This document shows positions 49,491-59,071 of a stretch of DNA of 64,000 nucleotides, piece after piece (within the stretch, counting starts at the first letter, position 1; every line of letters begins with the position of its first letter). The stretch is from an uncultured Polaribacter sp. (GTDB taxonomy: Bacteria; Bacteroidota; Bacteroidia; Flavobacteriales; Flavobacteriaceae), in the NCBI GenBank assembly GCA_963975825.1, contig CAXBIR010000001.1, positions 26,699 through 90,698 on the forward strand. The letters run 5' to 3'. The notes beneath the pieces are model-generated. The model searched no databases, was not told the DNA's origin, and saw only the letters and a program-made list of their open reading frames with translations. A program made the translations under genes and the position numbers.

Positions 49491-50666
49491 CTAATTATTA
49501 CCGTTTTTTTTCTTTTTCTTGTCTTCTTTTTTAACTTCTTCTTCTAGCTCTTTAATTTCTCTTTCTAACTTTTCAATGTCGGTTTCTTCCTTTTTAGCTT
49601 TTGTTTTTTTCTTACCAAAAATGCCTAGGAAACCACCACTTTTCTTTTTAGATTTAGATTTTCTTGTTCTTGTAGGTCTAGTTCTTGTTGTTTTGTCTTT
49701 CTTCTTAAAGACATTAAAAAGTCTACTAAAAAATCCTCCTTGATTTTTATTGTATCTAGAAATTGGTGTGTCTTTAATTTCTAATCCATTATCATCTAAT
49801 TCTATGTAAGAATCTCTATGTCTATTAATTCTATATGAAACACCTAAGCCAGCATAATAACCTTGGGCTTTTCCTTCAAAAAGTAACCTTGCAGAAGTGT
49901 TAAATTGTAAATCTCTACTATATAAATAAGCAAGACCTAACCCTAAATTTGTGTTGTTTTGATATTCTTGAAAAATAGTTTGATTTTCAAAAAAAGCAGA
50001 CCATTGATCGCTAAAATTATGAGTTGCTGTTATTATATATGAAAATTCAGAAAAATCTGAACCTATATTATCATAAAAAACATTGGTAATTACATTAAAA
50101 TCTTTGGTAAGGTTATGTTGTAATAAGATACCAACTTTTGGTGTAATGCTTCCTGTTTTATGTATTTCGTTTACAAAATCTGTATTCATTCCTAAATAGA
50201 CAGCAACAGAAGGAATTAATCTTTTAGTATCAAAAGCATGTCTTCTTTTCCAACTTCTAACTTCTTTAGATTTATCTTCATATTCTTGCTGATAAACTAA
50301 ATATTTTGCACCAATTGTAATTCTACTAAAACCAGAGCTAAAATAATGTGATGTAAAAATATTTTTAAAAGCTACTTTATCATTCTGGTAAGTTAACTGT
50401 GCATTTAATTCTAATTTTTCTAAAAATAAACTAGTTCTAAACATTAAATCTAAACCTAAAGATTGTGGTTTAGAAAAAGTTGGTTCTATAGATGTATTTC
50501 TAAAAAAAATATTACTTTCAAATTGATAAACGCCACTACCAACACTATAAGGGCTCTCTGAGAAACCAGGTTTATTTGAGTTAATTACATCTGTGTATTG
50601 TGCAAATAAAGACAGGTAACCAACAAAAAAGAACACAATAAAAAGTTGTAATTTACTTACATTCAT
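49491..50666 (-). CDS. Outer-membrane beta-barrel 'transporter' (MetA/phenol-degradation-like) with a long basic C-terminal tail
   Basis: Signal peptide; NSNKPGFSESPYSVG..YQFE start and alternating beta-strands. Start set at MNVSK. Confidence 0.7.
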   Translation of the reverse strand: MNVSKLQLFIVFFFVGYLSLFAQYTDVINSNKPGFSESPYSVGSGVYQFESNIFFRNTSIEPTFSKPQSLGLDLMFRTSLFLEKLELNAQLTYQNDKVAFKNIFTSHYFSSGFSRITIGAKYLVYQQEYEDKSKEVRSWKRRHAFDTKRLIPSVAVYLGMNTDFVNEIHKTGSITPKVGILLQHNLTKDFNVITNVFYDNIGSDFSEFSYIITATHNFSDQWSAFFENQTIFQEYQNNTNLGLGLAYLYSRDLQFNTSARLLFEGKAQGYYAGLGVSYRINRHRDSYIELDDNGLEIKDTPISRYNKNQGGFFSRLFNVFKKKDKTTRTRPTRTRKSKSKKKSGGFLGIFGKKKTKAKKEETDIEKLEREIKELEEEVKKEDKKKKKNGNN

Positions 50667-50843
50667 AGTTAAAAAAAAGGGTTTACATTTTAAGTATAAC
50701 AAGCTACACAAACATAGGATAAAAAAGCTATTTTATAAAGGCAAACGCTACTTTTTTAGCTTTAAGAAAGTTTTATAGATTCATAACGCTTCAATTGTAC
50801 GCAAATTGTTATTTTTGATATATTTTTTAATTTAATTTTATAA

Positions 50844-51107
50844 ATGGGTTTACTTAAAACAATCTTTATTATCGTTTTATTTTATTATGGATTTAAGTTT
50901 TTAGCAAGACTTTTCGCTCCTTTTTTAATGAAAAAAGCTGCAGAAACAATTCAAAAAAAGGCAGAACAACAATTTGGAGGCCAACAAAGACAACAACAAA
51001 CATCTTCTGTAAAAGAAGGTGAAACAATTATTGATAAAAAACCAGGAAGCCAACAAGAGAGTAAAAAAACTGTTGGTGAATATGTAGATTTTGAAGAAAT
51101 AGATTAA
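50844..51107 (+). CDS. DUF4834 family protein
   Basis: N-terminal TM helix and C-terminal GEYVDFEEI. Confidence 0.8.
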   Translation: MGLLKTIFIIVLFYYGFKFLARLFAPFLMKKAAETIQKKAEQQFGGQQRQQQTSSVKEGETIIDKKPGSQQESKKTVGEYVDFEEID

Positions 51108-51149
51108 ATTTCTGTCAAAAAAAATCATCAACAAAAAAACAAAACCATA

Positions 51150-53576
51150 TTGAAACTTACTAAAATATTTCCTTATCTAGTTGCTATTCTTGTTTTTGCA
51201 TTGGCTTCTATTATTTATTTTCATCCTGTATTAAAAGGGCAGAAACTTAATCAATCTGATATTACACAGTTTACCGGTATGGTAAAAGATATTAATGATT
51301 ACAGAGCAGAAAATAATACAGAACCTTATTGGACAGGTGCTTCTTTTAGCGGAATGCCAGCTTACCAAGTAAGTGCTTATTACCCAAATGATATTGTTAG
51401 AGGTTTAGATAAATTACTCCGTTTTTTACCAAGACCAGCAGATTATACATTTTTATATTTTTTAAGCTTTTTTGTTTTAATGATGGCTTTAAAAGTAAAT
51501 TGGAGATTGGCTATTTTAGGCTCTTTAGCCTTTGGGTTTTCAACATATTTAATAATTATTTTTGGTGCAGGGCATAACGCTAAAGCACACGCAATTGCTT
51601 ATATGCCTTTGGTTTTAGCAGGAGTTTTGTGGGTTTTTCAAAGAAAATTTGTGTTAGGTTTTATTGTTACTGGTTTAGCAATGGCTTTAGAAATCTACAC
51701 AAATCACATTCAAATGACTTATTATTTAGGTTTTTGTTTATTCATTTTAGGTATTGTAGAACTTATAAATGCAATTAAAGAAAATCAACTTCCTCTTTTT
51801 ATAAAGCAAGCAGCAGTAATAATTGCAGCGGTAGTTTTAGGAGTTGGTGCAAATGCGCCACGTTTAATGGCAATGAAAGAATATGCAGACCACAGTACAA
51901 GAGGTAAATCTGAATTGACAATAAATTTAGATGGTTCTGCAAAAAAAGTTACCAAAGGTTTAGATAAAGAATATATTACACAATACAGTTATTCGAAATT
52001 AGAAACGTTTAATTTATTTATTCCTCGTTTTATGGGAGGAGGAACTGTAGAAAAATTAGGGGAGAATTCTAATTTTTATGAATTTATTGAAGAAAAAGCA
52101 GGTAAAAAAGCAGCAAAAAATTATTCTGAACAAGTTTTAACGTATTGGGGAGATCAACCAATTGTTGAAGCGCCAGCATATATTGGAGCCGTAATTTTCT
52201 TTCTATTTTTCTTAGGAATGTTTTTAGTAAAAGGAAGGTTAAAGCAATGGTTAGTTGCTGCAACAATCTTTTCTATTATTTTAAGCTGGGGAAGAAATTT
52301 TGATATAATTACTAACTTTTTTATAGATTATATTCCTCTTTATAATAAATTTAGAGCAGTTTCTTCTATACAAGTAATTGCAGAATTATGTGTGCCAATT
52401 TTGGCAGTTTTAGGCTTAAAAGAGTTGTTTTCAACAAAATTAAATACCAAAGAAAAACAAGATGCTTTAAAAAGAGCAATGCTTGTTTTTGGCGGATTAA
52501 TTATTGCTGGTTTTGGTTTAGCACATATGTTTGGTACGTTTGAGGGGCTAAGAGACGCACAGCAATACAGTGAAGTTCCTGGTTTTTTAGATGCAGTAAT
52601 TGCAGATAGAAAAGCTATGTTATTTTCAGATACAATACGTTCTTTAGTTTTAGTTTTAATTTCTAGCGGTGTTTTGTGGTTCTTTTTAAAAAATAAATTA
52701 AAAGCTGTTTTAGTAATTATTGGTTTAACTGTTTTAATACTTTTCGATTTAATTTCTGTTAATAAGAGATATGTAAGTTCAGACGATTTTAAGTCTTCTA
52801 GAAAAATAGAAAAACCATTTACTGCTTCTTCTGCAGATAAAATGATTTTACAAGACAAAACACATTATAGAGTGGCAAATTTTGCTGTAGACCCAATGAA
52901 TGATGGAAGTACATCTTATTTTCATAACTCAATTGGTGGTTATCATGCAGCTAAACTAGGTCGTTACCAAGAGTTATTCGACTTTCAAATAGCAAAAAAT
53001 AACATGCAAGTTTTAAACATGTTAAATACAAAATATTTTATTATTCCTGATGATAAAGGCAATTTACAAGCACAACAAAATGTAGAAGCAAATGGAAATG
53101 TTTGGTTTGTAAATAATTTAGTTACTGCACAAAATGCAAACGAAGAAATGCAAGCTTTAGATTCTTTAAATACAAAAACAACAGCAGTTATTTTAAATTC
53201 AGATATTAAGAATATCAATTTAAAACAGCCAATTCAACAAGATTCTACAGCAACTATTAATTTATTAGATTATACTGTAACTTCTTTAAATTATGAATCT
53301 AAAACAACCAAAGAGCAGTTTGCAGTTTTTTCTGAGATTTTTTATGAAGATGGTTGGAACGCTTATATAGATGGAGAATTAAAACCACATGTTAGAGTAA
53401 ATTATGTTTTAAGAGGGATGAAAATTCCTGCAGGAAACCATAAAATTGAATTTAAGTTTGAGCCAGAAGTAATTAAAAACGGAAAAGTTTTCTCTTTAAT
53501 TTCTTACGGTTTACTTTTATTTGTCTCAGTAGGTTGGTTTTTTTATGATGAAAAAAAGAAGCGTAAAGAATCATGA
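51150..53576 (+). CDS. YfhO family GT-C membrane protein
   Basis: TTG start; QSDI, PYWT...FSGMPAY, HIQMTYY, YNKFRA, GGYHAAK and RVNYVLRG. Confidence 0.85.
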   Translation: MKLTKIFPYLVAILVFALASIIYFHPVLKGQKLNQSDITQFTGMVKDINDYRAENNTEPYWTGASFSGMPAYQVSAYYPNDIVRGLDKLLRFLPRPADYTFLYFLSFFVLMMALKVNWRLAILGSLAFGFSTYLIIIFGAGHNAKAHAIAYMPLVLAGVLWVFQRKFVLGFIVTGLAMALEIYTNHIQMTYYLGFCLFILGIVELINAIKENQLPLFIKQAAVIIAAVVLGVGANAPRLMAMKEYADHSTRGKSELTINLDGSAKKVTKGLDKEYITQYSYSKLETFNLFIPRFMGGGTVEKLGENSNFYEFIEEKAGKKAAKNYSEQVLTYWGDQPIVEAPAYIGAVIFFLFFLGMFLVKGRLKQWLVAATIFSIILSWGRNFDIITNFFIDYIPLYNKFRAVSSIQVIAELCVPILAVLGLKELFSTKLNTKEKQDALKRAMLVFGGLIIAGFGLAHMFGTFEGLRDAQQYSEVPGFLDAVIADRKAMLFSDTIRSLVLVLISSGVLWFFLKNKLKAVLVIIGLTVLILFDLISVNKRYVSSDDFKSSRKIEKPFTASSADKMILQDKTHYRVANFAVDPMNDGSTSYFHNSIGGYHAAKLGRYQELFDFQIAKNNMQVLNMLNTKYFIIPDDKGNLQAQQNVEANGNVWFVNNLVTAQNANEEMQALDSLNTKTTAVILNSDIKNINLKQPIQQDSTATINLLDYTVTSLNYESKTTKEQFAVFSEIFYEDGWNAYIDGELKPHVRVNYVLRGMKIPAGNHKIEFKFEPEVIKNGKVFSLISYGLLLFVSVGWFFYDEKKKRKES

Positions 53577-54763
53577 AAATAGGAATGATTCTAGACGCGC
53601 CATTTCCTCCAGATCCTAGAGTAGAAAATGAAGCGGTTTCTCTAGTAAAAAAAGGACATGAAGTTTTTCTTTTTTGTTTGAAGTATGGAAATGAAAAAAC
53701 TTCTGAAATTGTAAATGGCATTCAGGTAAAAAGATACAATTCTAATAAATTAGAATACAAACTTTCTGCTTTGGCTTATACAATACCTTTGTATTCTTTT
53801 TTAATGAAAAAAAAGATTTCTAAATTTATAAAAGAAACAAATATTGAAGCTTTACATATTCATGATATTAGAATAGCAGAAGCTGTTTATAATGCTAATA
53901 AAAAAAGTAATTTACCAACAGTTTTAGACCTGCATGATAATATGCCAGAGGTAATGAAACTGTATCCTCATCTACAAAAGTTTCCAGGAAAATATATTAT
54001 TTCACCAAAAAAATGGAAACAAAAAGAAGAGCAATTTATAAAAAAAGCAGATAAAGTAATTTCAGTTTCTCCAGAATTTTTAGAAACTTTAGCAACCAGA
54101 TTACCTTCAGAAAAAGAAAAGTTAGTTTTAGTACCAAATACCATTAGAAAATCTTTTTTTGAAGAATATACTGTTGAAGAATCGATTATAGATAAGTATA
54201 AAAATAATTTTGTAATTCTTTATTTAGGAGATACACACCTAAGAAGAGGCTTGCAAACAGCTATTGATTCTTTAATAAAATTGAAAAACAAAATACCAGA
54301 AGTAAAACTGGTAATTGTAGGTAAAAACACCACAGATACAATTTTAAAAAAGCAAGTAAAAGATTTACAATTAGAAGAATTTGTAGATTTTGAAGGTTGG
54401 CAAAATGTATCGCTTTTTCAATCTTACATTTTAGCTAGTGAAGTTTGTATTTCTCCTTTACATAGAAATTTACAGCATGATGTGGCGTATGCAAATAAGA
54501 TTTTTCAGTACATGAGTTTTGCAAAACCTTTATTAGTAAGTGATGCCATTGCTCAGAAAAAATTAATTGAAAAGGTAGGTTCTGGTTTGGTGCATACAGA
54601 AAAAGATGTAGAAGATTTTTCTAATAAAGTTTTGGCCTTGTACAAAAGCAAACCTTTAAGAATTGAGTTAGGAAATAATGGAAAAGAATTTATTAAGAAT
54701 GAATTTTGTTGGGAAGAAACTTCCAAAAAACTTATTAATTTATATAATAATTTAAACGTTTGA
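53573..54763 (+). CDS. Glycosyltransferase family 4
   Basis: DPRVENEA and ANKIFQYMSFAKP (GT-B nucleotide-binding motif). Confidence 0.85.
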   Translation: MKIGMILDAPFPPDPRVENEAVSLVKKGHEVFLFCLKYGNEKTSEIVNGIQVKRYNSNKLEYKLSALAYTIPLYSFLMKKKISKFIKETNIEALHIHDIRIAEAVYNANKKSNLPTVLDLHDNMPEVMKLYPHLQKFPGKYIISPKKWKQKEEQFIKKADKVISVSPEFLETLATRLPSEKEKLVLVPNTIRKSFFEEYTVEESIIDKYKNNFVILYLGDTHLRRGLQTAIDSLIKLKNKIPEVKLVIVGKNTTDTILKKQVKDLQLEEFVDFEGWQNVSLFQSYILASEVCISPLHRNLQHDVAYANKIFQYMSFAKPLLVSDAIAQKKLIEKVGSGLVHTEKDVEDFSNKVLALYKSKPLRIELGNNGKEFIKNEFCWEETSKKLINLYNNLNV

Positions 54764-56025
54764 AAGTCTTAATAATTACATATTATTGGCCACCTGCAGG
54801 TGGTTCTGGTGTACAACGTTGGTTGAAATTTGTAAAATATTTACATAGTTTTGATATAGAACCCGTAGTTTATACTGTTGATAATGGTAGTTATTTAAAA
54901 GAAGATACTTCGCTTTTAAAAGAAGTTCCTAAAAATATAGAAATTTTAAAACAACCAATTTGGGAACCAACAGATGTGTTGTTTTGGAAAAAAAAGAAGC
55001 AACAAAAAAAAGGAATTTCTAATGTTAGTAAAAGCGGATTTCTATCTTTTATTCGTGGGAATTTTTTTATTCCAGATCCTAAAATATTTTGGGTAAAACC
55101 TTCTATAAAGTTTCTTCAGAAATATTTAAAGGAAAATAAAATTGATGTAATTATTTCTACTGGTCCGCCACATAGTATGCATTTAATAGCGAAGAAATTA
55201 CATCAAAAAAATAATATAAAATGGTTGGCAGATTTTAGAGATCCTTGGTCAGATTTGTATTACAATAAAGATTTTAATCAATTATCTTTTGCTAAAAATA
55301 AAAATATAAAATTAGAAAAATCGGTTTTAAAAAATGCAGATTGTGTTTTAACTGTTAGTAATGCTTTAAAAAATGAATTTGCAAAAACTGCAAGTAGAGT
55401 AGAGGTAATTACAAATGGTTTTGATGATGAGGTTTCAACAAAGAATATTGTTAGATTAGATAAAAAATTTAGTATTTCTTATATTGGTTTACTGCCAAAG
55501 CAAAGTAATCCTAAAATTTTATTTAAAGTTTTAAAAGCAATTTGTATAGAGAATATACAGTTTAAAGAAGATTTACAAATCAATTTTATTGGTGATATTT
55601 CAGACGAAGTAAAAACTGAAATTAATTCTTATAATTTAGATAATAAAACTAATTTCTTGGGCTATGTTTCTCATCAAAAAGCAATAGAATTTCAAAACAA
55701 ATCTCAAGTTTTATTATTGTTAATTCCTAATGTAGAAAATAACAAGGGTATTTTAACTGGTAAGTTATTTGAATATTTAAAAGCAAAAAGACCAATTTTG
55801 GCCATGGGACCAGAAGATGGAGATTTAGCTGCTGTTTTAAAGGAAACAAAGGCAGGAGTTCTTGTAGATTTTAACGAAGAGGAAAAATTAAAAGCTGAAA
55901 TATTGCAAATGTACCAACAATATAAAGCAAATAACTTGTTTGTAACTTCAATAAATATTGAAAAATATCATAGAAAAGAACTTACAAAAAACTTAGCATC
56001 TGTATTAAAAAGTTTAAATTCGTAG
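54760..56025 (+). CDS. Glycosyltransferase family 4
   Basis: TTG start; YYWPPAGGSGVQRW, STGPPHS, DFRDPW and GKLFEYL. Confidence 0.85.
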   Translation: MKVLIITYYWPPAGGSGVQRWLKFVKYLHSFDIEPVVYTVDNGSYLKEDTSLLKEVPKNIEILKQPIWEPTDVLFWKKKKQQKKGISNVSKSGFLSFIRGNFFIPDPKIFWVKPSIKFLQKYLKENKIDVIISTGPPHSMHLIAKKLHQKNNIKWLADFRDPWSDLYYNKDFNQLSFAKNKNIKLEKSVLKNADCVLTVSNALKNEFAKTASRVEVITNGFDDEVSTKNIVRLDKKFSISYIGLLPKQSNPKILFKVLKAICIENIQFKEDLQINFIGDISDEVKTEINSYNLDNKTNFLGYVSHQKAIEFQNKSQVLLLLIPNVENNKGILTGKLFEYLKAKRPILAMGPEDGDLAAVLKETKAGVLVDFNEEEKLKAEILQMYQQYKANNLFVTSINIEKYHRKELTKNLASVLKSLNS

Positions 56026-56026
56026 T

Positions 56027-57514
56027 ATGGGAATTGTATTTAAGCAGTCGTTAAAAAACACTTTTTTTATTTACTTAGGCTTTGCCTTTGGAGGAATTAA
56101 TACGTTGTTTTTATACACTCGTTTTTTAGAGGATGAATATTATGGTTTGGTAACTTTTTTATTGTCAACTTCTAATCTTTTAATGCCTTTAATAGCATTA
56201 GGAATTCATCATACTATTGTAAAGTTTTTTTCTAGTTATTTTACTAAATTAGAGAAAGATAGGTTCTTATCTTCTGTACTTTTTCTACCATTATTAATTG
56301 CAATTCCTATTGCTTACTTTGGAAATATATTTTACGAACAAATAGGAGATTACTTATCAGAAGAAAATCCAATTATTAAGAATTATACTTCAGTAATTTA
56401 TCTAATAGCTGTTGCTTGTGCTTATTTTGAAATTTTTTATTCTTGGGCTAAAGTTCAGTTTCAAACTGTTTTTGGTAATATTTTAAAAGAATTATGGAAC
56501 AGAGTAGTAGTTATGATTTTGCTATTTGCTGTTTACTTAGAGTTCATAACAAAAGCAGAATTTATTTATTATTTAACTGGTGCTTACTTTTTAAGAATGC
56601 TAATTATGATGTTTTATGCATTAAAATTATATGTTCCTAAATTTACGTTTGCTAAACCAGAAAACTATAAAGAAGTTTTACGTTTTTCTGGTTATATTAT
56701 TTTGGCAGGAAGTGCTGGTGCAATTATTTTAGACATAGATAAATTTATGATTCCTGGTAAAGAAACCTTAGCAATTGCGGCTTATTATTCTGTAGCAGTT
56801 TTTATAGGTTCTTTTATAGAAGCACCAAGTAGAGCAATGCTAAATATCTTGCAACCATTAACTTCTAAAACTTTAAATGAAGACAACCACACAGAGGTTG
56901 CTTCTTTGTACAAAAAGAGTTCGATAAATCTATTATTAATTAGTGGTTTTTTCTTTGTGTTGATAAATACAAACGTGCACCAGCTTTTTAATTTATTACC
57001 AAAAGAATATGCTGGTGGAACTTTAGTAGTATTAATGATTTCTTTCTTAAAAATGTATAATGGTTTCTTAGGAAATAATGGAGCAATTATAAATAACTCT
57101 AAATTTTATAAAGTTACTTTACCTATTGGTATTATAATGGCTGTTTCTGTTTATTTTTTAAATAAATTATTTTATTATAATTTAGATTTGGGTACTAATG
57201 GATTGGCATTATCTACCTTAATTGTAATTTTTTGTGCTAATACTTTTAAATTATATTTTGTAAAAAAGAAGTTTTCTATCACTCCTTTTACAAATAAATC
57301 ATTTAAAATGGTTGTAATAATAGCAGTTTTATATTTAGCTTTTAATTTCTGGGATTTTCCTATTAACAATATCTATTTATGGAAATTTCCTATTCATCCT
57401 ATAATTAATATTGCTCTAAAAAGTGTGTTAATTGTGGCTGTTTACATCTTTTTAATTTTTAAAATGAATATCTCTCCAGAGCTAGATAACCTTCTTAAAA
57501 AGTACTATAAATAA
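56027..57514 (+). CDS. Oligosaccharide flippase (Wzx/MOP family)
   Basis: MGIVFKQS; ~14 TM helices; DIDKFMI and AAYYSVA. Confidence 0.85.
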   Translation: MGIVFKQSLKNTFFIYLGFAFGGINTLFLYTRFLEDEYYGLVTFLLSTSNLLMPLIALGIHHTIVKFFSSYFTKLEKDRFLSSVLFLPLLIAIPIAYFGNIFYEQIGDYLSEENPIIKNYTSVIYLIAVACAYFEIFYSWAKVQFQTVFGNILKELWNRVVVMILLFAVYLEFITKAEFIYYLTGAYFLRMLIMMFYALKLYVPKFTFAKPENYKEVLRFSGYIILAGSAGAIILDIDKFMIPGKETLAIAAYYSVAVFIGSFIEAPSRAMLNILQPLTSKTLNEDNHTEVASLYKKSSINLLLISGFFFVLINTNVHQLFNLLPKEYAGGTLVVLMISFLKMYNGFLGNNGAIINNSKFYKVTLPIGIIMAVSVYFLNKLFYYNLDLGTNGLALSTLIVIFCANTFKLYFVKKKFSITPFTNKSFKMVVIIAVLYLAFNFWDFPINNIYLWKFPIHPIINIALKSVLIVAVYIFLIFKMNISPELDNLLKKYYK

Positions 57515-57816
57515 CAGTCTATGTAATCTGTAAGCATGTGAAAAAGCAAAGCAATACAGATAATTCTGGTTTTTTTTAAAAACAAACCTAAAACATAAAA
57601 TGCCATTGCATAAATAGTATGCAAAGGATGAAAGTTAATGCTACATCTATTTTTATCGAAAATAGGGGTTGCTAATAAATGATCTAAATCTACTAACATA
57701 GAAAGAATGAAGATTAAATATACTATCTTCCATTTATCTCTAAAGAAAAACAAAGCAATTAATAGCGGAACGAAATAATGTAAACCGTAATGAATTATAA
57801 ATTTTGAAGTTATCAT
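57505..57816 (-). CDS. DUF6122 family membrane protein
   Basis: HYGLHY, VDLDHL, RCSINFHPLH and HMLTD. Confidence 0.75.
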   Translation of the reverse strand: MITSKFIIHYGLHYFVPLLIALFFFRDKWKIVYLIFILSMLVDLDHLLATPIFDKNRCSINFHPLHTIYAMAFYVLGLFLKKTRIICIALLFHMLTDYIDCYL

Positions 57817-57824
57817 TCTAAATG

Positions 57825-58403
57825 TTATTTCTTAGAATATAATTCTCTTCTAATTCTACTTAATTGTACGGGTGTAATATTTAAAAAAGAAGCTATGTGG
57901 TATTGTGGTATAAGATTTTCTATTTCTGGAATTTGCTTTTTAACCTTTAAATATCTTTGTGTTGCATTTAAAACTGATAAATCATAAACTTTAGACTCTA
58001 ATTCTAAAAAAATACGTTCTAAAGTTTTCGAGTAAAAGTTACCAATTTCTAAATTTGTTTTAGATAATTCTTTAAAATCGTTATAGTTAACAACTTTTAA
58101 CTTACAGTTGGTTAAACAATCGTAAGAAAATTTAGATGGTTTTTGTAAAATTAATGCGCCTAATGGTCCTATTGCTCTAATAGGTGTAAATAAGTTTCTA
58201 ATGTATTCTTTTCCTTTATCATCTTCATAATAAGACCTAGCTAAACCTTCTTCTAAAATATAGATATATTCAGGGATTTCACCAGATTTAGTTATCGATT
58301 CTCCTTTTTTTAGCTCTATAGTTGTAGCTAAAGAAAAAAGGAGTTCTTGAGATTTTTCTGAAATCTCACAAAAACTTTGTAATGTGTCTTTTAAGTTCTT
58401 CAT
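57825..58403 (-). CDS. Crp/Fnr family cNMP-binding regulator
   Basis: GLARSYY and IPQYHIASFLNITPVQLSRIR. Confidence 0.88.
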   Translation of the reverse strand: MKNLKDTLQSFCEISEKSQELLFSLATTIELKKGESITKSGEIPEYIYILEEGLARSYYEDDKGKEYIRNLFTPIRAIGPLGALILQKPSKFSYDCLTNCKLKVVNYNDFKELSKTNLEIGNFYSKTLERIFLELESKVYDLSVLNATQRYLKVKKQIPEIENLIPQYHIASFLNITPVQLSRIRRELYSKK

Positions 58404-58466
58404 TAGTTAAGGACACTAACATACATTGGGGAATTTTTGTTAAGAAAGTGTTCTACAAAGTTACGT

Positions 58467-59069
58467 TTATTTTTTAAGAAAACTAATTGCATTTGGTCCT
58501 TCCATAAAAAGTAAATCTAAAATTGATAAATTAGGTATAAAACCATGCTTGTCATCAAACATTTGTATGTACCGGTCAACCAATGTATGTGGTTGGTATT
58601 TAACCTCTGCTAATTGCCTAAAATCGTTTTGGTCTATATCAGTAATATAAGATTTCGTTTTTTCAAAATTTGAATTTATTTGAAGCGCTTCAGATACAAA
58701 TAAATGAGTATCTATATTTAAATCTTGAAGAAATTTATATTCTTTTTCAAAAATAGGAGCAATATCATCTACATAAAACTCAAAGAAAGGAGAGTTTCTA
58801 TATGCTGTTTTTAAAGACTTAAAATGTTGGTCTTGCCATGGTGTTATGTTTTCTATTAGAGTATCTTGTGTCTTTTTTCTACCAGAAGAAATAGGATGTT
58901 TCACAGGTATATTTAATAACTGTTTGCCATTTGTATTAAAAATGTAACACCTGTTTCTGTAGCTTTGTTTCTGAAAATTGTCATCAATTTCAAAAACAAC
59001 TTCATCTGTATTTATAATTTCTGAATATTGAGAAATTGGAGAGAAGTATGTAGGTATAAATAACGCCAT
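58467..59069 (-). CDS. WbqC family protein
   Basis: FQKQSYRNRC, AYRNSPFFE and LSILDLLF..GP. Confidence 0.88.
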   Translation of the reverse strand: MALFIPTYFSPISQYSEIINTDEVVFEIDDNFQKQSYRNRCYIFNTNGKQLLNIPVKHPISSGRKKTQDTLIENITPWQDQHFKSLKTAYRNSPFFEFYVDDIAPIFEKEYKFLQDLNIDTHLFVSEALQINSNFEKTKSYITDIDQNDFRQLAEVKYQPHTLVDRYIQMFDDKHGFIPNLSILDLLFMEGPNAISFLKK

Positions 59070-59071
59070 TG

